Shown here: positions 18,034 to 27,809 of the stretch, one piece after another
Position numbering within the stretch: position 1 is the first letter of the stretch
How the letters are laid out: each line of letters starts with the position of its first letter
Source: Bacteroidota bacterium
Lineage (GTDB): Bacteria > Bacteroidota > Bacteroidia > Chitinophagales > Chitinophagaceae
NCBI GenBank assembly: GCA_039805285.1
Contig: JBDLUO010000057.1
Coordinates: 1 to 40,415, forward strand
Length of the DNA: 40,415 nt
Reading direction: 5' to 3'
Position numbers and translations under genes: made by a program
The notes under the pieces: model-generated
Seen by the model: only the letters and a program-made list of their open reading frames with translations
The model's database searches: none
Told to the model about the DNA's origin: nothing

Positions 18034-18762
18034 ATGTACAAAGCAATAATCATAGATGATGAAAGATTGGCAAGAACTGAACTAAAAAAAATGCTTGCGG
18101 AATTTCAGGACATAGAAATTATTGCTGAAGCCGCAAATGCTGGCGAAGGCATCGAAAAAATTGAAACACTACAACCCGATTTGATTTTTTTAGACATTCA
18201 AATGCCCGACAAAACGGGATTTGAACTTTTGCAAGAATTAGATAAGGCACCAAAAGTGGTTTTCACTACAGCGTATGATGAATTTGCTTTAAAAGCATTT
18301 GAATTTAATGCGTTGGATTATCTGCTTAAACCGATTGATAGAAAACGACTTTCTGATGCCATCCAAAAACTGATTTTGTCTGAAGAAAAAGAAGCATTGG
18401 TGCAATCGGTTGCAAACAGAAATATATTGACAGAAAACGACCAAGTGTTTGTAAAAGACGGTGAAAAATGTTGGTTTGTCAAGCTCTCCGAAGTAAGACT
18501 TTTTGAAAGTGCAGGAAATTATGCCAAAGTGTTTTTCGGTTCTAATAAACCCTTGATTTTAAAATCGCTAAACGCATTGGAAGAGAGATTGGATGATAAA
18601 ACATTTTTTAGGGCCAATAGAAAGCACATCATAAATATGCGAATGATTGTTAAAGTAGAACCCTATTTCAACAATGGACTGATGCTTGAATTACAAGGCG
18701 GAGATAAAATTGAAGTAAGCAGAAGACAATCGGTAAAGTTCAGAGAGATGATGAGTCTTTAA
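18034..18762 (+). CDS. LytTR-family response regulator
   Basis: IIDDE, FLDIQMP, TTAYD, DYLLKP and LytTR motifs FFRANRKHIIN...VSRR. Confidence 0.93.
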   Translation: MYKAIIIDDERLARTELKKMLAEFQDIEIIAEAANAGEGIEKIETLQPDLIFLDIQMPDKTGFELLQELDKAPKVVFTTAYDEFALKAFEFNALDYLLKPIDRKRLSDAIQKLILSEEKEALVQSVANRNILTENDQVFVKDGEKCWFVKLSEVRLFESAGNYAKVFFGSNKPLILKSLNALEERLDDKTFFRANRKHIINMRMIVKVEPYFNNGLMLELQGGDKIEVSRRQSVKFREMMSL

Positions 18763-18784
18763 TCAAATCTACATTCTCATCATC

Positions 18785-18826
18785 AATCACTAATTACCAA
18801 TCACAAATCACTAATCATTAATCGAT
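18785..18826. repeat. Degenerate 7-bp tandem repeat (6 units, consensus AATCACT)
   Basis: aatcact aattacc aatcaca aatcact aatcatt aatcgat. Confidence 0.8.
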
Positions 18827-18836
18827 TTCGGTAATT

Positions 18837-19508
18837 ATGACTCCCAAAAATGTACTCATAACAGGCACCAATGGAATGATTGGGAATGAAATACTGCAAC
18901 TTTGTCTGCATTCAACGGATGTGAAAAGCATCATCAGCATCACACGAAAAAAAATAGACGCAGTATCACCAAAACTGAAGCAAATCATCCATTCAGATAT
19001 GTTACATCTAGATGGCATATCTGATGAATTAAAAAATATAGATGTTGTTTTTTATTGTTTGGGTGCTTATACCGGAACGGTTTCAACTGAAGAACTTTTT
19101 AAGATAACGGTAAACCTCACACGGAGTTTCACCGACTGCATTGTCAAACAGAATCCATCCGTTGATATTTCTTTTTTAAGCGGTCAGGGAGCTGACAATT
19201 CTGAAACCAGCAAGATTCCTTTTGCAAAAGCCAAGGGTATGGCAGAAAATCATTTATTGAAATCTGGGTTAAAAAATGTCTTTTTATTTAGACCTGGATA
19301 TATTTATCCTGTAACCAAACGGAAAGAGCCAAATGCGATGTACCGAATTTTTAGGGCTATCTATCCAATTGTTTCATTGATCTATCCCAATATTGGATTG
19401 GACTCTAAAACTCTTGCAAAAGCAATGTTTAAAGCGGGGTTAACAGAAAATGGCCGACGAATTTTTGAAAATAAAGACATTAAGAAATACGCAAAAGAAG
19501 GCATCTAG
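18837..19508 (+). CDS. NAD(P)-binding oxidoreductase, YraR/TIP30-like atypical SDR
   Basis: ITGTNGMIG, FYCLG, FLSGQGAD, KGMAEN and FRPGYI. Confidence 0.8.
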   Translation: MTPKNVLITGTNGMIGNEILQLCLHSTDVKSIISITRKKIDAVSPKLKQIIHSDMLHLDGISDELKNIDVVFYCLGAYTGTVSTEELFKITVNLTRSFTDCIVKQNPSVDISFLSGQGADNSETSKIPFAKAKGMAENHLLKSGLKNVFLFRPGYIYPVTKRKEPNAMYRIFRAIYPIVSLIYPNIGLDSKTLAKAMFKAGLTENGRRIFENKDIKKYAKEGI

Positions 19509-19511
19509 AAA

Positions 19512-20270
19512 CTATACTTTTTCTGTGCCAGCGGCATGAACAGCAGATGAAATTTCCGAAATTAAGGAACGATCTTTTTCTATGGCATTGCCGACAACAA
19601 TGATATCGGCTCCTGCATTTGAACTTAGAAAAGCTTGCTCCGGACTAACGATTCCGCCACCTACAATCAAAGGGACATTTATTGATTTGGATACTCTTTT
19701 TATTAACTCTGCAGATACCGGACGCTTCGCTCCGCTACCAGCATCCATGTAAATCAATTTCATACCCAACATCTCGCCCGCCATTGCCGTGCACATGGCA
19801 ATATCTGATTTGTCTGATGGTAAAGGACTCGCATTGCTGATGTACGACACCGTTGTTGGCGCGCCTCCATCAACAACCATATATCCGGTAGACATTACCT
19901 CTAGTCCACTTTGTTTTACAAAAGGAGCAGAAATTACATGCTGTCCAATAAGCAACTCAGGATTTCTTCCGCTAATCAATGATAAATATAAAAGCGCATC
20001 CGCTTTGCGAGAAAGTTGAGACGGGCTTCCAGGAAATAATATAACCGGAAGGTCAGAATTTGCTTTGATCGTTTCCACGCAAGATTCCAAATAATCTGAA
20101 ACCACCAAACTGCCTCCAACAAAAATATAATCCACTTTGGCTTCTTCCGAAAGTTCAATCAAACGCGTTAGAGATTCTGCATCCATTTTATCGGGGTCTA
20201 CCAAAACGGCAAAAGACTTCTTGTTGAGAAGTTTTTGTTGTGTCATATTTTGATAAATGCCCTTGTTCAT
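19512..20270 (-). CDS. pcrB: Geranylgeranylglyceryl/heptaprenylglyceryl phosphate synthase (PcrB family)
   Basis: LVDPDK, VGGS, LFPGS, LISGRNP, YMDAGSGA, VGGGI, GADIIVVGN. Start moved to ATG 20270. Confidence 0.9.
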   Translation of the reverse strand: MNKGIYQNMTQQKLLNKKSFAVLVDPDKMDAESLTRLIELSEEAKVDYIFVGGSLVVSDYLESCVETIKANSDLPVILFPGSPSQLSRKADALLYLSLISGRNPELLIGQHVISAPFVKQSGLEVMSTGYMVVDGGAPTTVSYISNASPLPSDKSDIAMCTAMAGEMLGMKLIYMDAGSGAKRPVSAELIKRVSKSINVPLIVGGGIVSPEQAFLSSNAGADIIVVGNAIEKDRSLISEISSAVHAAGTEKV

Positions 20271-20540
20271 GCAAATAAAGAATTCATGCAAAAATGTGCT
20301 TTTTTTCGCGCACAACGAAATAATAAGAAGTCCTTATCTCCACAGCCCCGAAAAAACAGAAAAAACTCAGATTTATGAATACGTATATAACTAAAGTAAA
20401 AACGCTGTTTCTCCTTTCAAATTCCCATAAAATAGGTACTATTGATGTGCTTTCATACCATTTTTAACATAAGCCCATTAAATTCCATCGAATCATTAAC
20501 GATTTTTGTATTCCGGTTTCCGATTTTTTACCTTTAGTCT

Positions 20541-21602
20541 CTGAAAACACGAATTACCATATCCATTCTTCTACTTTTGGGCGTTTCGGTATTGTTGATC
20601 GGCTCCGAATCTGCCATTCCGTTCGAACAACATCCCATCTCATTCAAAGTGCCTAAAGGATGGCCCAAGCCAATCTACAAGTTTAAAAACAACAAGCTTA
20701 CAGAAGAAGGATTTGAGCTAGGTAAGAAATTGTTTTACGATGGGAGACTCAGCAAAAATGGGGAGTTCAGTTGTGGATCCTGTCATCAGCCCTTTGCCGC
20801 TTTTGCTCATTTCGACCACGATCTGAGTCATGGCGTAAACGACCAACTGAGTAATCGAAACGCACCTGCGCTCATCAACGTGGCATGGATGAAAGAAATG
20901 CATTGGGACGGCGCAATCAACCACATCGAAGTTCAACCCCTCGCTCCGATTACCGATCCTAAAGAAATGGGAGAACAACTCGATTCCGTTTTACATAAAC
21001 TGAAAAACGACACTTCTTACGTTCGCATGTTTAAAGAAGCTTTCGGAACCCCAGAAATTAACAGCCAGAAAATGTTGAGAGCTTTGGCTCAATTCGTTGC
21101 CTCGCTTGTAAGTAGCAACAGCAGATTCGATCGCTTTCAAAGAGGAGAAGCCACACTCACCAACTACGAACTTAAAGGCTATCAACATTTTAAAACCCAC
21201 TGCTCATCCTGCCATAAAGAACCCTTATTCACCGACAATAACTTCCACAACAACGGACAAAAATTGAACCGATTCAAGGATATTGGAAGAATGAAAGTAA
21301 CAGGCAATCCAATGGATTCACTCAAATTCAAAACGCCGACACTGAGGAATGTCCAAATTACCTATCCTTATATGCATGACGGACATATTTATTCTCTCTC
21401 ACAAGCAATAGACCATTATGCTCAAGGCATAGACACTGGAATGATAAATCTAGATCCGGCTTTGAGAAAGAAAATTGTACTCACCAAAAAAGAAAAAATG
21501 GAACTGGTCTATTTTCTCTACACCCTCACAGATAGCAGTTTCATCAACAATCCCAGATTTGCTGCCCCAAGACCACTCACAATCGGACACGATCATCGTT
21601 AA
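20541..21602 (+). CDS. Di-heme MbnH/MauG-like cytochrome c peroxidase superfamily protein
   Basis: CGSCH, CSSCH, RNAPAL, HWDG and FKTPTLRNV..TYPYMHDG. An in-frame CTG at 20541 restores a full signal peptide (MKTRITISILLLLGVSVLLIG), with an in-frame stop at 20535. Confidence 0.88.
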   Translation: MKTRITISILLLLGVSVLLIGSESAIPFEQHPISFKVPKGWPKPIYKFKNNKLTEEGFELGKKLFYDGRLSKNGEFSCGSCHQPFAAFAHFDHDLSHGVNDQLSNRNAPALINVAWMKEMHWDGAINHIEVQPLAPITDPKEMGEQLDSVLHKLKNDTSYVRMFKEAFGTPEINSQKMLRALAQFVASLVSSNSRFDRFQRGEATLTNYELKGYQHFKTHCSSCHKEPLFTDNNFHNNGQKLNRFKDIGRMKVTGNPMDSLKFKTPTLRNVQITYPYMHDGHIYSLSQAIDHYAQGIDTGMINLDPALRKKIVLTKKEKMELVYFLYTLTDSSFINNPRFAAPRPLTIGHDHR

Positions 21603-21646
21603 GCTTTGAAAAATAGGATGTAAATTACAGTCAAACTTATTTTCAG

Positions 21647-23176
21647 TTGAGCGGAATAAAAAAACTGGCCGGACAAACTTTATGGTATGGTTTGCCAACT
21701 ATTGCAAGCCGATTCCTTGGTTACCTAATGAATATGGCCCTTCCATTTTTTATTGACTTGCCAGAAAAAACAGCTGACCTCGTTCAAGTTTACACCCTTA
21801 TTCCTTTCCTGAATGTCATTTTCGCTTACGGTATGGAAACGGCTTATTTTAGGTTCTCCCAGCAGATAGAAAAAGAGAAATTATACAACACTTTATTTCT
21901 TTCGTTGTTTTCCAGCACCATTTTATTTAGTGCCATACTTTGGCTCATTCAGCCTTGGATTGTTTCAGCCGCAGATTTAGCAGCGCATCCAGAATATGTG
22001 TGGTGGATGATTGCCATTATTGCGACAGACAACCTAAACACGTTGCCTTTTGCCAGACTTCGTCAGGAGAACAAACCTAAAAAATATGCATTTGTGCGAA
22101 TCAGCGGCATTCTAGTGAATCTGGCGCTGGTTATTTTTTTTCTGGGATTCGCTCCGAAAATGGCAGCAGAAAACAACAGCTGGCTTTCTGCCTGGTATAA
22201 TCCGGATTTTGGATTGGGATACTACCTTGTTGGAAATCTTGCGGGAAGTGCAATAACCATGCTACTGCTTTTCGGAGAATGGAGAAGCGTAAAGCTGAAA
22301 TTCAGTTTCTCGGTTTGGAAGGATGTGATGAAATACAGTTCTCCACTCATTATCGTTGGTTTGGGAGGGATGGTAAATGATGTACTGAGCCGAATGATAT
22401 ACAGGCATGCGGTAAATCTACCAGTTGAACAAGCCAATCATGAACTTGGCGTATTTGCAAATATTTTTCGTTTAGCCCTTCTCGTTACCATAATGATTCA
22501 GGCTTTTCGTATGGCAGCAGAGCCTTTTTTCTTCAATCGGAGTCAGGATGAGGACGCGAAGAAAACATACGCCAGAATCATGAAGTTCTTTGTAATCGCC
22601 TGCTGTTTCCTTTTCCTTTTCATTTCGCTTTATCTTGATGTTTTTCGCTGGATTTTTCTGAACCTTGCCAACGAAAGATGGACCGAAGGTTTAGAAGTAG
22701 TGCCGTTGCTCACATTGGGGAATATTTTTCTCGGTATCTATTACAACCTCAGCATTTGGTATAAACTCACAAACAAAAACAATTATGGCGCCATCATCAC
22801 ATTGATGGGTGCGGCAATAACCATCGGATTAAACATCTGGCTGATTCCAATCTTACATTATACCGGTGCTGCTTTGGCAACAGCAGTTTGCTATTTTTTC
22901 ATGATGGTCAGCAGCTACAAATGGGGTAAAAAGCATTATCCCGTTCCCTATCCTATAAAGAAAATGACTTCATACCTTGTAACAGCAGTCTTGCTCTACC
23001 TCGTACATTTTGCATTGCGCAGTTGGATTTCACCACTCTGGTTCTCTATTGCCAGTGCATCATTTTTCATTTATCTTTTTACCCGATTGGTTCTTAAAGT
23101 AGAAGAGCAAGAACTGATGAAATTGCCGTTGTTGAAAAAATGGTATGAAAAGAAAAAATTACAAGCTGAACCATAA
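21647..23176 (+). CDS. Polysaccharide flippase (Wzx/MATE-like polysaccharide biosynthesis protein)
   Basis: TTG start MSGIKKLAGQT..YG, YGMETAYFRF, QAFRMAAEPFFF and about 13-14 hydrophobic helices. Confidence 0.85.
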   Translation: MSGIKKLAGQTLWYGLPTIASRFLGYLMNMALPFFIDLPEKTADLVQVYTLIPFLNVIFAYGMETAYFRFSQQIEKEKLYNTLFLSLFSSTILFSAILWLIQPWIVSAADLAAHPEYVWWMIAIIATDNLNTLPFARLRQENKPKKYAFVRISGILVNLALVIFFLGFAPKMAAENNSWLSAWYNPDFGLGYYLVGNLAGSAITMLLLFGEWRSVKLKFSFSVWKDVMKYSSPLIIVGLGGMVNDVLSRMIYRHAVNLPVEQANHELGVFANIFRLALLVTIMIQAFRMAAEPFFFNRSQDEDAKKTYARIMKFFVIACCFLFLFISLYLDVFRWIFLNLANERWTEGLEVVPLLTLGNIFLGIYYNLSIWYKLTNKNNYGAIITLMGAAITIGLNIWLIPILHYTGAALATAVCYFFMMVSSYKWGKKHYPVPYPIKKMTSYLVTAVLLYLVHFALRSWISPLWFSIASASFFIYLFTRLVLKVEEQELMKLPLLKKWYEKKKLQAEP

Positions 23177-23268
23177 AATCTTCCAAGTTCTACCGTAAAC
23201 ATCGCGTGTTCGTGAGGATGATGTGTTTTATCAATGCATCATATCATTGAACAATCAATTCCGGACGT

Positions 23269-23329
23269 AAAAAAGGGGCCAAGATAAATATCTAGCCCCG
23301 CTTTAAAATCCAATATCCTATGAAAAACC
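23269..23329 (-). ncRNA. Candidate small RNA, copy 2
   Basis: A -7-like box TACTTTTA (23334-23341) lies 4 nt before the same 5' sequence as copy 1, followed by hairpin GGGGCTAGAT-ATTT-ATCTTGGCCCC and TTTTTT. Confidence 0.75.
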
Positions 23330-23436
23330 GATATAAAAGTATATCTAAAATTCGTTTCGGCTTGTTTCAAGTTTGTTCAATTGACATACGCGCCATATAC
23401 CCCATATATGAGCATATATGTCTTGATTTATAACAA

Positions 23437-26400
23437 TTACATGTTTCTACGGTATTGTCCTCCCACTTGATACAATGCCTGGGTGATTTGTCCTAAACTG
23501 CAGTATTTAACCGTTTCCATCAACGCTTCAAAAATATTTCCATCCTCAATCGCTACCTGTTGCAACTTTCTTAGCATTGTTTCTGCCTGCGCCTGATGTC
23601 TTTGTTTAAAAGTTTCCAACGTGGCAATCTGAGCCTCTTTTTCTTCGGTTGTAGATCGAATCACTTCAGAAGGTATGATGGTTGGAGAACCTTTCTTGCT
23701 TAAAAAAGTATTTACGCCAACAATTGGATATTCTCCCGTATGCTTTAAGGTTTCATAATGTAAACTCTCCTCCTGAATCTTATTGCGCTGATACATTCTT
23801 TCCATAGCACCCAAAACACCACCACGCTCCGTGATGCGATTGAATTCCGTCATCACCGCCTCTTCTACCAGATCCGTCAATTCCTCGATCAAGAATGAAC
23901 CCTGATTCGGATTTTCATTTTTAGCTGTTCCCAACTCTCTGTTGATGATCAACTGTATGGCCATGGCTCTGCGCACGCTCTCTTCGGTAGGTGTAGTGAT
24001 GGCTTCATCATATGCATTCGTATGCAGCGAATTGCAATTGTCGTAAATCGCATACAATGCCTGCAAAGTCGTTCTGATGTCGTTGAAATCAATCTCTTGC
24101 GCATGCAGACTTCTTCCGCTGGTTTGGATGTGATATTTGAGCTTCTGGCTTCTTGAATTCCCTTTGTATTTGAGTTTCATGGCTTTGGCCCAAATTCTTC
24201 TAGCAACCCTTCCTATCACGCTGTATTCAGGATCCATGCCGTTGCTGAAAAAGAAAGACAGATTCGGAGCGAAATCATTGATGTTCATTCCCCTGCTCAA
24301 ATAATATTCAACATAGGTAAATCCATTGGCGAGGGTAAAAGCTAGCTGTGTTATCGGATTGGCTCCTGCTTCAGCAATGTGGTAGCCACTTATACTTACA
24401 CTGTAAAAATTTTGGACATTTTGGTCGATGAAATATTGTTGAACATCTCCCATCAATTTTAAAGCAAACTCGGTAGAAAAGATGCAGGTATTTTGCGCCT
24501 GGTCTTCTTTCAATATGTCTGCCTGAACGGTGCCCCTTACTGTGCTCAATGCCTTTGCACGAATTTCTTTATAAACATCCTCAGGCAAAACATCAGCTCC
24601 GCTGAGTCCGAGCAATCGAAGTCCGAGTCCGTCATTGCCCTCAGGCAATTGTCCTTCGAGGTTTCCGTTTAATGGTTTTACCATTGTTCCATCTGCCCCG
24701 ATATATTTCGGAAGCTGCTCTAGATTGTATTTCGATTCAATAAGGGCATTAACAGTTTCTCTAAGATTATTTTCTATGATGTACTTCTCGCATTGTTGAT
24801 CAATCGCGGCATTCATGAAAAAAGCAAGGATAATCGGAGCGGGTCCGTTAATCGTCATGCTCACCGATGTTTTCGGATCGCAAAGATCAAATCCGCTATA
24901 TAGTTTTTTAGCATCATCTACGGTTGCAATGCTAACGCCGCTGTTTCCAACTTTTCCGTAAATATCCGGACGCCAAGCGGGATCTTCTCCGTAGAGTGTA
25001 ACGCTATCAAATGCAGTACTGAGGCGCTTTGCAGGCTGACCTTGACTCACATAATGGAATCTTCTGTTGGTTCTTTCTGGCCCACCTTCTCCGGCAAACA
25101 TTCGGGTTGGATCTTCTCCTTCACGCTTCAACGGAAAAACGCCCGCGGTAAATGGAAATTCACCGGGCACATTTTCTTGCATCTGCCAGGTAAGTAAATC
25201 GCCCCAGTCTTTAAACTTAGGAAGATACACTTTTGAAAGTCTTGTTCCAGAAAGGGTATGGTGGGTTAAAGGTTGTTTGATGGTTTTATCTCTAACTACA
25301 AATTCGTAATGATCTGCAGCATATTTTTCTTTTACGTTTTCCCATCCGGTAATCATGTTTTTACATTCGTTAGAAATGGCTTGCATGATTTCATCCGCTT
25401 TACGCTTCAATTCTGTTTGAAGTGCTGGGGATGCTTCTTGCAAATGCTCTAAAACACCGTTGAGTTGATACCATTGAGAAGCAAGGTTAGATTGTTCGCT
25501 TACCCATTGGTTGTATTGTTTTGCAGATTCCGATATTTCTGCCAGATATCTAACTCTTGATGGAGGAATTACGGTTGTATTCTGACCCGATTTAAGAATC
25601 GTTTCACCAACCGAAGCTTGGATGGAGAATGAATCCGGAAATTTTTGATTGATTTTTTTCATCAAGATGTCGAAGAGTGTATTTACCCCCGAATCATTGA
25701 ATTGAGCGGCTATCGTTCCTACCACTGGCAGCTCCTCATCCTTGGCATCCCACAATCCATGGTTTCTTTTGTACTGCTTTTTTACATCGTGCAAGGCATC
25801 TAATGCGCCTGCCTTGTCGAATTTATTCAAACAAATTACATCCGCATAATCGAGCATGTTTATTTTTTCGAGTTGCGAAGGAGCTCCATATTCAGGCGTC
25901 ATAACGTACATGCTTACCTGACAATAATCAAGTATTGAAGCGTCACTCTGTCCCACACCTGCGCTTTCCAAAATAATAAGATCAAATGATTCTTGCTTGC
26001 AGATATCTATGGCATCCTGAACATATTTGCTTAGTGCTTTGTCGCTTTCGCGTGTAGCCAGACTGCGCATGTAGGCTCTTGACGAAGAAATGGCATTCAT
26101 TCGAATTCTGTCTCCTAGTAAAGCTCCGCCTGTTTTTTTCTTGGAAGGATCTACGGAGATGACTGCTATGGTTTTATCTTCAAATCGATTTAAAAATCTT
26201 CTTACAATTTCATCCGTTACCGATGATTTACCAGCACCACCTGTTCCTGTGATGCCCAAAACGGGCACTACAGAAGGACTGTCTGATTGGACCGCAGAAA
26301 AACTACCATTCTCTGCTAGTGTGATATGTCTGGCTATTTTGCGGATGTCTTTCTTTTCGTCGATAGACATTTTTCCTGTACCAATTGGAAGCTCCAATAA

Positions 26401-26826
26401 CGAATAATCACATTGTTTTACTACATCTTCAATCATTCCTTCTAATCCCATCGTTCTACCATCATCTGGGGAATAAATTCTGCTGATGCCATACGCATGG
26501 AGTTCATCAATTTCTGTTGGCAAAATGGTTCCGCCACCACCGCCGAAAATTTTTATATGTCCGCAACCACTTTCATCTAAAAGGTCTTTCATGTATTTGA
26601 AAAACTCCACATGACCACCCTGATAGCTGGTGATGGCAATGCCCTGAACATCCTCTTCTATGGCACACTCAACAATATCAGCCACACTTTGGTTGTGACC
26701 AAGATGTATAATCTCTGCTCCTTTACTCTGAAGGATTCTGCGCATGATGTTGATGGCAGCATCATGGCCATCAAATAAAGCCGCAGCGGTTACGATTCTT
26801 ACTTTGTTTTGGGTAGAAAAAGACAT
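23437..26826 (-). CDS. icmF: Fused isobutyryl-CoA mutase / MeaB-like GTPase (AdoCbl-dependent)
   Basis: B12-binding DGHDAAIN, P-loop [13 protein letters not shown], and mutase motifs [41 protein letters not shown]. 1129 aa. Confidence 0.93.
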   Translation of the reverse strand: MSFSTQNKVRIVTAAALFDGHDAAINIMRRILQSKGAEIIHLGHNQSVADIVECAIEEDVQGIAITSYQGGHVEFFKYMKDLLDESGCGHIKIFGGGGGTILPTEIDELHAYGISRIYSPDDGRTMGLEGMIEDVVKQCDYSLLELPIGTGKMSIDEKKDIRKIARHITLAENGSFSAVQSDSPSVVPVLGITGTGGAGKSSVTDEIVRRFLNRFEDKTIAVISVDPSKKKTGGALLGDRIRMNAISSSRAYMRSLATRESDKALSKYVQDAIDICKQESFDLIILESAGVGQSDASILDYCQVSMYVMTPEYGAPSQLEKINMLDYADVICLNKFDKAGALDALHDVKKQYKRNHGLWDAKDEELPVVGTIAAQFNDSGVNTLFDILMKKINQKFPDSFSIQASVGETILKSGQNTTVIPPSRVRYLAEISESAKQYNQWVSEQSNLASQWYQLNGVLEHLQEASPALQTELKRKADEIMQAISNECKNMITGWENVKEKYAADHYEFVVRDKTIKQPLTHHTLSGTRLSKVYLPKFKDWGDLLTWQMQENVPGEFPFTAGVFPLKREGEDPTRMFAGEGGPERTNRRFHYVSQGQPAKRLSTAFDSVTLYGEDPAWRPDIYGKVGNSGVSIATVDDAKKLYSGFDLCDPKTSVSMTINGPAPIILAFFMNAAIDQQCEKYIIENNLRETVNALIESKYNLEQLPKYIGADGTMVKPLNGNLEGQLPEGNDGLGLRLLGLSGADVLPEDVYKEIRAKALSTVRGTVQADILKEDQAQNTCIFSTEFALKLMGDVQQYFIDQNVQNFYSVSISGYHIAEAGANPITQLAFTLANGFTYVEYYLSRGMNINDFAPNLSFFFSNGMDPEYSVIGRVARRIWAKAMKLKYKGNSRSQKLKYHIQTSGRSLHAQEIDFNDIRTTLQALYAIYDNCNSLHTNAYDEAITTPTEESVRRAMAIQLIINRELGTAKNENPNQGSFLIEELTDLVEEAVMTEFNRITERGGVLGAMERMYQRNKIQEESLHYETLKHTGEYPIVGVNTFLSKKGSPTIIPSEVIRSTTEEKEAQIATLETFKQRHQAQAETMLRKLQQVAIEDGNIFEALMETVKYCSLGQITQALYQVGGQYRRNM

Positions 26827-26932
26827 ATGTTGAACTTTTCGTGAGGCGATTCAAAACACAACCCAATACGGGTATGCTAATCGCCGCAAATTTACAACAT
26901 AAAAGGTCTAAAAAATACGTTTTCAAATAGAC

Positions 26933-27685
26933 TCAACGCATAAGATGGGTAAGTTCTGCGAACTGTTGAATGGTAAGTTGTTCTGCTCTTTTATTGAAGA
27001 TTTCATCATTCAATACCTCTGGATCAAAGATCCCTCTAACTGCATTGCGTAGGGTTTTTCGTCTTTGATTGAAGGCTGTTTTCACCAAACGAACAAAGCT
27101 TGCCTCCGACTTATAAGAAAGTAATTCTGATTTTCTTTTCAATTCAATAACGCCACTCATCACTTTGGGTGGTGGATTGAAAGAATCTGGTGGCACATCA
27201 AAAAGATAACGTACATCGTAGAACGCCTGAATCAATACGCTCAAAACGCCGTAGGTTTTCGATCCGCTTTTTGCTGCAGCGCGTTCAGCCACCTCTTTCT
27301 GAAACATACCAATTACCACCGGAACCTGCTCTTTCCATTCAACAACTTTAAAAAGAATCTGCGTAGAGATGTTGTATGGGAAATTTCCAATCACATGGAA
27401 ACTGCCGGAGAATGGGGATTCTATGCTCAAAAAATCAGCAGATATGATTTTATCCTCCAAAACAGGATACTTCTTTTTTAGGTAACTGATTTTTTCTTCG
27501 TCCAACTCAACGGCCTTAAAGTTGATTTCCGGAATTCGAATCAAATGTTCCGTAAGTGCTCCCGCACCAGGTCCAACTTCTAGTAATTGCTCAAACTCAT
27601 GGATTTTTAGAGCCGCAAGTATCTTTTCAATCGCCTCTTTGTCTTTTAAAAAATGTTGGCCAAGGGATTTCTTCAATGTGTACAT
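26933..27685 (-). CDS. rsmA: 16S rRNA m6,2A dimethyltransferase RsmA/KsgA
   Basis: KKSLGQHFL, EVGPGAGALT, GNFPYNIS, MFQKEVAER, FNQRRKTLRN, RAEQL. Confidence 0.97.
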   Translation of the reverse strand: MYTLKKSLGQHFLKDKEAIEKILAALKIHEFEQLLEVGPGAGALTEHLIRIPEINFKAVELDEEKISYLKKKYPVLEDKIISADFLSIESPFSGSFHVIGNFPYNISTQILFKVVEWKEQVPVVIGMFQKEVAERAAAKSGSKTYGVLSVLIQAFYDVRYLFDVPPDSFNPPPKVMSGVIELKRKSELLSYKSEASFVRLVKTAFNQRRKTLRNAVRGIFDPEVLNDEIFNKRAEQLTIQQFAELTHLMR

Positions 27686-27809
27686 AGGTCAAAGGTAAGA
27701 GGATTGGCTTCAGATTAACCAATACAACCTCTATGCCAAACAGGATTGACTCAGCGTGCTGCCCAACTTGCTTAAATAATCGTACTTTTACACCTCAAAT
27801 TGAATTGGA

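Noticed and set aside
23403-23420. CATATATG-AG-CATATATG just past the icmF stop
   Set aside because: AT-rich weak stem with no U tract, so it cannot be called a terminator or operator.
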